In this document: positions 14,347 through 25,654 of the stretch, piece after piece | How positions within the stretch are numbered: position 1 is the first letter of the stretch | How the letters are laid out: the number at the start of each line of letters is the position of its first letter | Assembly: GCA_976551045.1 (NCBI GenBank) | Contig: CDPCPM010000141.1 | Span: forward strand, 8,928,001-8,992,000 | Length of the DNA stretch: 64,000 bases | Reading direction: 5' to 3' | Source of the DNA: Glaucostegus cemiculus | Lineage: Eukaryota | The notes under the pieces: generated by a model | What the model was told of the DNA's origin: nothing | What the model saw: only the letters and a program-made list of their open reading frames with translations | Database searches by the model: none | Made by a program: the position numbers and the translations under genes

Positions 14347-16442
14347 CTGGAATTTAAGCAAACAATTCTATTTAAAAGGTCAAACTGCGTCTGCAATAAC
14401 AATAGGACTGCCAGGAGGCTGTGCTTTGCACATTGTATTTGCACTGAGCCCTTGGTGTGCCAACCTAGCTACTCAGACTAAACCAATTAGAAAACAAGGC
14501 AATTAATTTTGTTTGGAGTATTCACTCGTACTTGTCACCCCACAAGATTGACTCTTACAGTTCCCAGTCACCAGGGTCAGACACCATTGATTTCACTGTG
14601 GTCACTGGGAGATTAATGTGTTCCAGGAAATCTCATTTATAATTATTTTCTAGTTTTCAGGAACAACTTGTATTTTTACACAGTTGAAGATCTGCAGTTC
14701 AAATAACTATGTTTGAAAACATACATGATTTGAATATATATGCAAACAGGATTCCCTCGAAAATTCGTCACAAGCCTCCTGGCTCTGAATTTCTGTGCGC
14801 TGCCAGACCTTACACATTGGAGAAATACAAGTAAATGATTTACAAATGTTTTGCGTATTTCCATATAAATGGCAATTACATAAAGATATCGGGTATACAA
14901 AAGAACCACTGTTAAAAGATTGACTAAGTTTACTAACTGCAATTCAAATAAATCAGTACTTCAAGATCCTCGAGGTGTTACATCTAATTCTCTCTCCACA
15001 GATGCTGCTTGGCCTGCTGAGTGTTTCCAGCAGTTACTGTTTTTATTGTAGATTTACAGCAACTGCAGCCTTTTGCTTTTCAAAAGCTATACTCCAAATG
15101 GAATTCAGACTGGAGAACGCTTTTGGTAGCGGTCTCTGTGGAACCTCAAGCTTGTACACCCAAGGCATAGGAGAGATTGGGACAGACAACAAGTGTTATC
15201 AAGGATGTTGCATTTAAGGAACAACACGGAGAGAAATGTAGTAAAGCAGAGAGGTTTAGAGACAATGCTGATGCTTATGGCATTGACAGCTGTAGGTGTA
15301 GCAATCAATGGTGGAGTGATTAGAATCAGGGTTGTACTAAGGTGAGGAGTATAGATCCTAGGGGGTTATAGAGCTGCAGATTAAAGAGAGCCCACAGTAG
15401 ACATCTGTAATAAAACCAGAAATTTTAAAGTTGAGTTGCCAACTTGGTGCCAATGTAGACAGCCAGTGCACACAGGGGTGAAAGGCGTGTGAGATTATAT
15501 TAGTGCAGCAGACTTTCCCTCCGCCTGCCACACATTGCACTCCTGGTACTGGAGACATGGATGGTTAGGGAATGGTGGCATGTGTACTCACGGCTCACCA
15601 TCAAAAGACCTCGGACCACCACAAAACCAGCAAGGCACCGAGGCTCAATTTGTTAAAGTCCGAACTCGGCCAACAGAATTTACTTATCAGCTGCGTCAAC
15701 TTGAGGTGGGCAAAGGGGTGCATTTTGGTTATGTCATACCTGCACCATGTGTTGACCATACTTGCTTAACCAAACAAGTGATGTCCATGACACACACTGA
15801 TTTGCTCTCAGCCCACTAGCCGAGTAACAGATACCCACTAGCCATACACTGGTCAACAATAGAACAATACAGCACAATACAGGCCCTTTGGTCCACCATG
15901 TTGTGCCAAACTTTAAACCATGCCTAAGACTATCTAACCCCTTCCTCCCACATATTCCCCTATTTTAAATTCCTCCATATGCTTATCTAACAATCTCCTG
16001 AACTTGACCAACATATCTGGTCAGTCGCCGGAAGCAAGGGAATTCTGGCCAGATCTTGCAGAGAACTTCAGGCACTTCTCTACACAATTGCCACCAAGTC
16101 TGGGATTCTCATGCAAATATCAAAGTCCTAAACCTCGAGTGAGTCTCGTGCAGGGCTTTGCATTCAGAATCTGAGCAACTCGGGAAATGCAAGCTGACAG
16201 CAGCAGATCTACAAAACACAAGTCTGTACTTCCCAGAGAGGTCACAGTTAGCACAAGTACCTGGCAAATGGCCAGTGGAAGTCCAATTGTTAATGTAACT
16301 GATTTTATTTCAAACATTCATTTAAAATTCCTGGAAACAGTCCCTGCAACCAGGAACCTTCTATCATTGTTTGGCTTAATTCTCAGCATTGCCAGCCCTT
16401 CCCCTAGTATTAAAAACACTGCAATTACCAATGGGAACTATA

Positions 16443-16595
16443 CACAAAGTGCTGGAAGAACTCAGTGGGTCAGGCAGCATCAATGGATCCCTGAAACGTT
16501 AACTGTCCATTTCCCTCCACAGATGCTGCCTGACCCACTGAGTTCCTCCAGCATTTTGTGCGTTGCTTCAGATTCCAGCATGTGCAGTCTCTTAT
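16443..16595. mobile_element. Short hairpin repeat element (MER6/Penelope-terminus-like)
   Basis: 39-bp inverted arms at 16443-16481 and 16522-16560; related gatgctgcctga copies elsewhere in the window. Confidence 0.7.
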
Positions 16596-16828
16596 GCCCC
16601 CATCAATGGGAACTAGCTCATACTGCCCAATGGACTGATAATAAACGTTGGCCTTGTCAGCCTGCACACATTCTATTGAAAGACTTTGAAGAAAACCCAA
16701 ACCAACTGGTCACAACCAGGAACAGAATCAGAATCAGTTTTAGAACGCCATCTATTTTGACCTTACATTTCATCAGGGTTTTCAGAGATTTGAAAGAATA
16801 GAACATTTTGTCAGAATGTTACTCCCAC

Positions 16829-16885
16829 CTTAATCTCCGTCTGCTCAATCGACTTTTCCCAGATTTGTTGATCATATGCTCCAAT
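16829..16885 (-). CDS. PHTF1: PHTF1 coding exon 2 (IGAYDQQIWEKSIEQTEIK)
   Basis: ttcag| acceptor, |GTGGGA donor, 57 nt, conserved peptide. Confidence 0.95.
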
Positions 16886-17684
16886 CTGAAACACAGCAAG
16901 TTACTTGGTGAAAAATTAGTGGAAACTTCTCATGATTCTTTTTGTTGTAGCAACATTAAATTCAGTGTTATAAATCAATGTACATAAAATAATTCATGAA
17001 TGAAAAGCTTGAAATACAGGGATTAGAGCCAGTGACCACGTAAGTCCACAAGCATGTGCACAATCAAGTCTATTCATTTCTTAGTTTGTGTGAGAAAGTT
17101 GAGATAAAAATGTGAAATTGCTAGAATCACGTCTGCGGTAAAATCCTGTTTTGCTGTTCAACCAACCACCACCAACCACCGTGGGCTTGTTCCACACCCA
17201 TCACCTGATTAAATAAATAACTGCAAAACAAACCAGACTGGGACATTTCTGATGTTACTTATCTTGCACTGAATTGATCAGAGTTTCTAACCATCAGGAA
17301 ATGGTGAGCAGATTGGGCCTCTTTCATCTAAAATAGAGAAAACCAAAAGAGCCCCTGATGGAGGTCTTAAAACATAAGATGCATAGAAAATTGTGGGAGA
17401 GACCAAGAACAATAAATATAAGACAGTTACAAATGAACCCAACGCCTTTGACCAGGAAGTGGTTCACAGAATAGATACATTGAAAGGAAACCTGACGAGC
17501 ATGTGAGAGAGAGAAATATATATTAAAAAAATGATGGTTGATCAAGACGAAGTGAACAGGAAGAAGGTTCATGAGAAGCATAAACAGTGGATTACTCTAG
17601 TTGGGGCAAATGGGTTGATTCTATGGTGCAAGCTCTATTAGCACCTACTTACTATCACATTGTCCTTGCATGTTTTGTACATAC

Positions 17685-17729
17685 CTTTTTCTGGTACCAA
17701 GTTATGGTGTCTGTTGTTTTCCAGGCCAT
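17685..17729 (-). CDS. PHTF1: PHTF1 coding exon 1 (MAWKTTDTITWYQKK); exon probably begins at 17745
   Basis: ATG at 17729 with an in-frame TAA upstream; WYQKK motif; donor AAG|GTATGT. Confidence 0.9.
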
Positions 17730-17899
17730 CTGTTGTTCATCTTACCTAGTTACAAACATTCATAATAAACTTATTCAGTTTTGGTCTCAGCATATTACTG
17801 ATGAGATTCTGGTGATGATCAAACATATCCCAAACATACCAACTATACACGGTATAGCAGCAAAACAAATAGCTGATGCTGCTCTCCCTACCAGAACAC

Positions 17900-18470
17900 A
17901 CCCTCACCTTCTGATCCCCAGCCGAACTCTTGCCTTCTTTCCCTCCATCCTCCCCAGGACTGTCCCTCCCCATCTCCCCTGCCTCCTCCCTCGCCCCTCC
18001 ATCTCCTCCTCCACCACCCTTCCCCCCAACCTCCCCCTCCCACAGGACCCTCCATCCCCATCTCCTCCTCTTCCCTCCCCCTCCAGGACCCTACCTCCCC
18101 ATCTCCCCTCCCCACCCCCTGGGACCCTCCTCTTCCCTCCCCAACCCCTGGGACCTTCCCTTCCTCCCTCCCCACCTCCTCCCTCTCTTCCCATCCCCTG
18201 GGACCCTCCCTCCCTCCCCACCTACTCCCTATCCCCTGGGACCGACCCTCCCTACCTACTCCCTATCCCCTGGGACCCTCCCTCCCTATCTCCTCTTCCC
18301 TCCCTGTCTCCATGACCCTCCCTCCCTACCTCCTCCCTCCCTCCCCCCATCTCCTCTCCCCCTCCCCCCAATCTCCTCCCCCTCCCTGTCTCCACACCCC
18401 CATGACCCTCCCTCCCCCCAGCCCACCCGAACCATCGCCCCCCATCTCCTCCCCCCCTTCCCCAGCCCCG
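17900..18470. repeat. Polypyrimidine/polypurine low-complexity tract with repeated cccctgggaccctccc unit
   Basis: Almost pure C/T on the + strand; five or more copies of (c)ccctgggacc at 18116-18285. Confidence 0.9.
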
Positions 18471-18770
18471 GCCGGGCCACTGCCCGCCGGGGATCCCTCT
18501 CTCCCCCAGCACCCGCCGCCCCCGGTACCGCGACGAGCCGCGGGCGCAGCCTGGTCCCGGCCCGGGGCCGCTCTCACCTGCTCCGGTCTCCCCGCGACCA
18601 GGCACTGGGCCGCGGCCAATGTCTGGGACACGCAGCCCGTTGCATGAGAGGAAGAAGCGGTCGCCTGACATGAATATCAATGACGTGTTTATGCAACGCT
18701 CATGAATATTAATGTAGAATATTTAATGAGACCACGCCCCGGCCGCTGAAGGAGCGGAAAATGGCTCAAT
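18420..18770 (-). promoter_or_regulatory. CpG island / PHTF1 promoter
   Basis: High GC and CpG density. GC/KLF box CCACGCCCC at 18732-18740, CRE-like TGACGT at 18681-18686, YY1-like AAAATGGC at 18758-18765. Confidence 0.75.
18578..18690 (-). other. PHTF1: PHTF1 non-coding first exon (5' end approximate)
   Basis: Strong donor CAG|GTGAGA at 18578/18577 inside the only clear CpG island, ~830 nt upstream of the ATG exon. Confidence 0.65.
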
Positions 18771-18886
18771 AAAATGCTTAAAGAGCCCCCTCTTTTTTAA
18801 CCATTTAAATCTCATGGCTTGACGTTAAATTTATAACCTTTATGTTGCAAGGTTGGCCGTGCAACTAAATGCACTGCCTTTAAAGT

Positions 18887-20520
18887 CAGAGCATAGGAAC
18901 AGGCCCTTCGGCCCACCACATCTATGCTGGCCCACCATGTTTATGTCCTTCTATACTAATCCCACTCGGCTGCATTAAATCCATGTCCCTCTCTGCCCTG
19001 CTCATTCAGATACCTGTTCAATTGCCTCCTAAAATTGCAAATACTCTGCTCTGTATGAAAAAGAAATACCCCTAGATCTGCTTTAATCTCAGCACTGGGC
19101 ACCCCTACCACGGGTAAAATACACTGGTTATCTACTCTGTCTTTGCCTCATAATTGTATATACCTCTATTATGTTGCCTTTCAGCTTCCTTTGCTTCAGG
19201 GAAAACAGATCCAGTTTATCCAATCTCTCCTTATAGCTCAGAATGTCCAATCCGGGCAGCATCCAAAGAGGGTGATCTTTGCTGCACCATCTCTAGCTTA
19301 ATCACATCTTTCTTATAGTGTGGCAACCAGAACTACACAATGTGGCTTAACCAATGTTTTATACAACTGTAAAAGGGCACCCCAATACTTGCCTTGGCCA
19401 ATGAAGGCAAGCATACTGTATGGCTTCTTCAACACCATGTTTACCCATGTTGCTATTTGTGGGAAACCATTGCAGCTGTAGCCCAAGGTCTTTCTATTCT
19501 ATTCAACAACATCCTCCAGGGCCAGCTCATGCACTTCCCAAAATGTATCACTTAGCACTTGTCTGAGTTCCATCTGCCATTCCCTTGCCCACTTACCCAG
19601 TTGACCCAGATCCTATTGTAACCTTAAAAAACTTTCTTCATCTAATATACTTACCAATTTTGACATCATTTGCAAACTTACTAATCATGCTATCTACATA
19701 ATCATCCAAAATGTTAGACGACCCGTGCTGTTCTCTGCAGCATACCACTGGTCACACACCTCCAATCTGGAAAATCAACCCTTCACTACCACCAGCTGCA
19801 TCCTAGTTCCTAGCCAACTTTGTATCTAATCGGTTTGCTCACCCTGGATCCCATGCGCTCTAATCTTCCGGACCAGCCCACCATCCTTGTTAAAAGCCTT
19901 GCTAAAGTCCATGTAGACGATGTCTGCTACCCTGCCCTCATCAATTTCCTTGATCACTTCCTCAAAAAACTCAAATTCGAGAGACATAATTTCCCATGCA
20001 CAAAGCCATACTGACTATTCCTAATCAGTCCTTGCCCTTCCAAAGAGATCCTGTCTCTCAGAATCCCTCACAATAACCTTCCCACCACTGATATAAGGCA
20101 CACTGGCCTGTAGTACTAAAATCTCTGCCAGGGCCCCAACTATCTCCTCCCTTGCTCCCCATAGCATCCTAGGATATACTTGGTCAGGCTCTGGGGATTT
20201 ATTCAGTTTCACATGTTTCAGGACCTCCCACACCTCCTCCTTCATTATGTTGATATGCTCCAGGATATCACTGTATCCCTGAACTCATTAGCTTCTATAT
20301 ACTTCTCCATGGTAAATAAGATAGGAAGTATTCATTTAAGACTTCACTCATTTCCCATTGCTCCACATGTAGATTGCTATGCTGATCCTTAAGGGGACCT
20401 ACTCTCTCCCTTGCTATTCTTTTACTGTTAATATACACATAGAATCTTTTAGGATTCTTCTTTATGTTATCTGCCAGAGATATCTCATGACCCTTTTTTT
20501 AACACTCCTAATTTCCTTCT
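18887..20520 (-). mobile_element. CR1 LINE relic, internally deleted, with RT region and 3' end
   Basis: DIVYMDFSKAFNK near 19890-19925; KSPEPDQVYPRMLWGAREEIVGALAEI in ORF 20021..20245; 3' tail near 18890. Confidence 0.9.
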
Positions 20521-21374
20521 TAAGTGTACATAATTCTGAGAGCTTGGCCATATTTAAGATATTCATTGACCCCTTTCTTAAGCAGATTTTCTTTCCCACA
20601 TACATACTATTCTCTCTTCTGTGTTATGCATATGCCTTTTCCAAACTTTACAACACATTGGTGCTTGCATTGAGGAGAGAGATAAGCTTTACCTTACATC
20701 TCTGTGAGAGACGTCACAGGTTCTGAAGATTATCTAGGAGACGATAGAGATCAAAATCCAAGTATTAACTCACCAAACACATTCATTAACCACTGGATAA
20801 CAATTGAGCTATGCCACTGATACTAGGAATAAAACATGAATGAGTGGACTCATCAATTAGTCAGTGATGCACTGTTCAGCCTGAGTAAATAGGATGCTGT
20901 TGTTTTGGAAAATAAATGGAGATGAGGTCAGAAAAAGAAACTAACCCTGCTTGAAATTGTCACATAGCAAATGTTCATACATCACACCTTAAATGAAAGA
21001 GTGACCTAGTGTAGAAGGGGATTTTAGTCCATCTGCCCTGATGAACTTATTCTTTAATTTTTTTTAACTTACTTATGCACAAGGATTCCTGGTAAGGTCG
21101 GCATTCATTATGTATCCCTATTTGCCCTTGAAGTGGCGATGGTGAAGTTGCCTTCCGGACTGACCACATCCATGTTGCAAAGGTACTTGTACAAAGCCGT
21201 TGGGAAGAGATTTCTAGGATTTAGACCAGCGAAGATGAGGGACTGGCCAGCAGTTGTAAATGAATGACAATCACATGTACCTACCTACTTTGTCCTTCCG
21301 GGTGATAAGATATCTCAGGCTTGGGAGGCACTGATAAAGGAGACTTGCTGCAATTCTCAATACCTACCTTCAGT

Positions 21375-21890
21375 ATCCCCCTCATAATTTTGTATACCTG
21401 TCGTCACTCCTCAGCCTCCTCCACTCTAAGGAAAACAAACCGAACCTATCCAATCTCTGCTTATAAATGAAGTGCTCCAGTCCAGGCAATATCCTGGCAA
21501 ATTGCCCCTGCACCCTCTCCAGTGTAACCACATCCTTCCCAGCGACCAGAACGGCACACAATATTCTGTGCAGCATTACCAATGTTTTATAGAAGTTGTA
21601 ACATGACATCCCCGTTTTTATATTCTTTGCCATTATTGATAAAAGCAAACATCCCATAGGCCCCTTCATCTCCCTGTGCTGCCACCTTCAGGGATCTGTG
21701 GGCTTTTATGCTGAGGCCTTCTGTTCATCAACACCCTCTAGAGCGCGGCCATTTGTGCATGTCCTATCCTTACTCGATCTTCCAAAAAAACATTACTTTA
21801 TACTTACCAGGATTAAATTCCAGACGCCACTGCTTTCCAGCTGATCAATGTCACTGTAGCCTAAGACAACAATCCTTGCTATCTACACAA
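21375..21890 (-). mobile_element. CR1 LINE ORF2 fragment
   Basis: YKTLV...DVVTLERVQGQFARILPGL...GLFSLEWRRLRSD. Confidence 0.9.
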
Positions 21891-22614
21891 CAAGACTGGG
21901 TAGAACTAATTTGTTCTTCCAAATATTGCCACAGAACTTCATGTTTACCTTAAGGAAGATGAGACCTTTGTTTAAAGTCTCTTTTGCAAGATGCTACCTC
22001 TGATAGCACAGAACTCCTTCAGTATTGCAGCAAAAGCATCAACTTAAATGATCAAGTTTCTGATATGGAACTTGAACTCACAACCTTCCCTCACAGAGAA
22101 TGCCATTTGGCATTTTTCCATGTTACACAGCTCCTCTCAGCTCAGATTTCAGGATACAACAGTGAGCAGCTTGATCTAATATCTCTTCCAGGCAGACGAG
22201 GAGGTGCTCTGGTGAAGTGTGATTTCCATTAGTGCTTATTATTAAACAGCCACACAATGTCTTTGCCCTTTACATGCAGGTCAAAAGACACGTTGGGTAA
22301 TGAGAAAAATTAAATTAGAATATATAGCTGAAGCAGCATAGTCCAACCAGTCCATTCCATTAATTTATGTTCTATTTGTGCCTCTCTTCCTTCATCATCT
22401 AAGTATAGGGACAACTTTTCCCTTACTTGCCCATCCAGCTCTCCCCAAGTTCTGCCAAAGGTTCTTCCACCTGAAACATTAATTATGTCTCTCTTCTCAT
22501 AGATGTAGCCTGACCTTCTGAGTATTTCCAGCAGTTCCCATTTTCATTATAGATTTCCATTTTTCCCTTTAGTGCACTTTTTCTTTTGGATTCCATATTT
22601 ACATTTTTGGTATC

Positions 22615-22935
22615 CATCTTCTGTTGATGGATTTTAAATTTGCTCTTCCCCACAAGTGGAAACTTTATCCACTCCATCAAGCCCTTTATATTAATGTAAA
22701 AAGAAATGTTTATTAGGTCACTCCTCAGCTTTTCCTTTGTAAGAAAGACATGCAGCCATTTGTCCTTTCCTATTAAGTGTAACCTTGCAGTACTGATATC
22801 ATCCTCACAAATCATTTTTGCATCCTCTCAAGTGTCTCTGTATGCTTTTTTTTATGAAGCAGCAATCAGAACAGTACAGAGTGCTCCAACTGTGGCCCAA
22901 CCATTTGATCCACATTTAACATAATTTTGCTGCCA
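22615..22935 (-). mobile_element. Degraded CR1 fragment
   Basis: EKLRSDLI...FPLVGKSK similarity in ORF 22483..22815. Confidence 0.6.
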
Positions 22936-24334
22936 ATATGAAGCAGGGTGCTGAGCTCAGCTGCAATCATTAATTCTTGGGAAATGTTTTGTGCACAATT
23001 GCAAACGCCTGCTGCTCTTTCAGTGCCTGCATCAGGCAATCCATTTGCTCATATCCTTATTTCAATGTCAACTGCTGAACTATTGCACACACTGGGAAAA
23101 TAATCTAGATTTATAGTCACCGATTGTCCATAAATCCAATTACATCTCAGTTAGAAGATGTGGTCACATTTAGCTTTATATTCAGCTTGATGTCAATTAG
23201 TTAATTGCTCATTTTCTATCTGTTCAGTTCTCAGGGAAGCCGCAGGCACATGAGATTGGCTGAGCAGATAACAGTAAGCTCAGAAGGTACTGAGTTCAAG
23301 TTCCATTGGCTGAATTTAAGCAGACAGACATGCAGGTAAGAATTTAAATCAGATCATTAAAATTAAATTATGCATCCTGAATTTAGAGCTTAAGAATTGA
23401 GTTAATGAGGTAATTAGTATTACGCATCATTAAGGGAATCGCAATCGGGGCAATCAGCATAGTGTATGGAACACTTGTCAGTGGTTGTATTATGGTATAT
23501 TTCACTACTTTGTAGTAGTAACTATATTTCAAAAGTGCTCCATTGGTTTATCCTGAAAGGCTGTGAAAGGCACCACATTAATGCACATCTTTGTTTAAAA
23601 GCTTTAAGTGCAAGTTATGTAATGGAACTGCAAACTAAATCTCTGACAGTTCTAAATATTACTGTGGATCTACTAGAAGAGCAAAGATGTTTGAAGTGGG
23701 AGTGCAAGGTGGGGGGGAAGAAGTGGCGGATAGGACATGGAGAGTGGGAGTGCAGATGCGGTGAGGGGTGTGATGTATTGATGTGGGATATAGAAGGGAG
23801 AAACAGCAAGAATGCAGTGCAAGCTGGAAGTGGGAGGGTAAGAGACATACAGATAAATGCAGGAAACCAGCCATCTGTCATAGAATCAGTTGTACAGTAC
23901 AGAAACAGGCCCTTCAGCCCATCAAGTCCATGCTTTTTTGTCCATCTACACTAATGCCATTTGCTTGCATTAGGACCATATCCATCTATCCCTTTGTGTG
24001 TTTAAACGGCTTTTAAATGTATTATCATTTTAAGTAGATCTGCCAGGAAACTAACCTTACTTGCTTAGAAAACTGTCATTCCACTTCAGAGCTGTGTGTT
24101 TTATGTGAAAAACATCAAAACACTAGAGATGCAAGATCGTACTATCTAAAACCAAATCTCACTCCCACCCTTTTCCCCCCCAGTGTATGCAGTTGTAAGG
24201 TACTAAGTATACCAAAATATTTTACTGGATTACCACATCTAGGCCAAGCAATGAAAGAAAACTAATGTGCTTTTTCTCCCTCCCAGTAAGGTAACACAGC
24301 ATGTGCAAAACCAGCAATGTCAATATTTTGCAGG

Positions 24335-25110
24335 GTATCATTTTGAAATTTGCAGTTTGCACAAAACATCCAAGTGTAGTAAACAGTGATGATATTACAG
24401 ACTTTAAAAGGACATGGATATAGATGGGCCTTTGAAACAGACAAATGAAATAAGCAGATGAAATTCAATGCAGATAAATGTGAGCTGCTACATTCTGGCA
24501 CAATGAGAGAAGTCAACACAAGCTAAATGATACAATTTTAAATGGGGTTTAAGAACACAGACCAGTTTGTTTTTGCACAAATCTTTGAAGGTAGCAAGCC
24601 AAATTAAACAAAGCAGTTCCTGGGCTTCATAAATAGGAACAAAAAGCTCTGCTAAACCTATATCAAATAAGTTGGTTCGACTGAAGTGGTGCCTAGTTCT
24701 TGGCATATTATGAAGATCGCAGAAGCTTTGGGCAGGGTGTGGAAAAGGCCCATAAGAGGCTTGTTAAGTGTTTAAAAATCCTGATGGTTTACTTAAAGAA
24801 CAACTGTTTCCAGTGGCTGAAGGTCAAGAGCCAAGGCATGGAACTTGGACAATTGGCAAAAAAGTAACAGAGATGATACAAGTGAAAACTCTAAAAACAC
24901 AGTGAGTGGTTACATAGTCAGAAGCACTGTGGGAGAGGGTGGTGGACAGAGAATCAATAGACACCTTAAAGAGAGACTTGGATACATTTCTGAAGAAAAC
25001 ACATTTCAGGCATACCTGGGAAAAAGTGGGATGCTGAAATAACCGGGATTAAAGAAATAACACAGGCTTGATGGGCTGAGCAGCCTTCTGTGTGTAATAT
25101 TCTGTGATTC
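24335..25110 (+). mobile_element. Degraded CR1 3' half
   Basis: QMKFNADKCE-like stretch and typical 3' tail (gatgggctga...ccttctgtg). Confidence 0.65.
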
Positions 25111-25654
25111 TGGAATGCAGACACGAGTCACTGGTGGTGAAGATAAGGAGTCACATTAAAAGTACTTACTGATAAATCCAAAATGAAAATTTAGGTATAA
25201 ACTACTGAGAATGTGGAACCCATTGTCACGGAGGTATTAGGATGGTTTGGCATAGATTCATAGACTTGTACAACACAGAAAACATGCCCTTCAGCCCAAC
25301 TCATCCATGCTGACCAAGATATGTTAATTCCTTTCAAAGGCATTTGGCCTATATCCCTCTAAAGCTTTCCAATACATGTACCTGTCCAAATGTCTTTTAA
25401 AAATTGTAGTTGCACCCACCTCCACCAGTTCGCTCCATAGAACCACCATTTGATATATTTAGAGGTAAGCTAATAATTACATGAGGAAGAAGGGAATGCT
25501 TGGATATTCTGATAAAATTAAACAGCACAGTTGGCTCATACCCTTGAGAACACTTACAGACTAGATGGGTTGAATGGCCTGTTTGTGTTCAGTATTTGCT
25601 GGGTAACACAAGATTACACAATCCTACATTAAAATAACACCAATAAATAAGGAC

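Noticed and set aside
14676-14942. 88-aa minus-strand ORF as an extra PHTF1 exon
   Set aside because: No AG after the pyrimidine tract and no homology; the flanking exons already join in frame
16187-16801. 204-aa plus-strand ORF
   Set aside because: Runs through a hairpin repeat, is antisense within a PHTF1 intron and shows no protein-like features
17587-18680. Long Pro-rich and Gly-rich ORFs (up to 247 aa) on both strands
   Set aside because: Artefacts of the stop-poor C/T low-complexity tract and the CpG island
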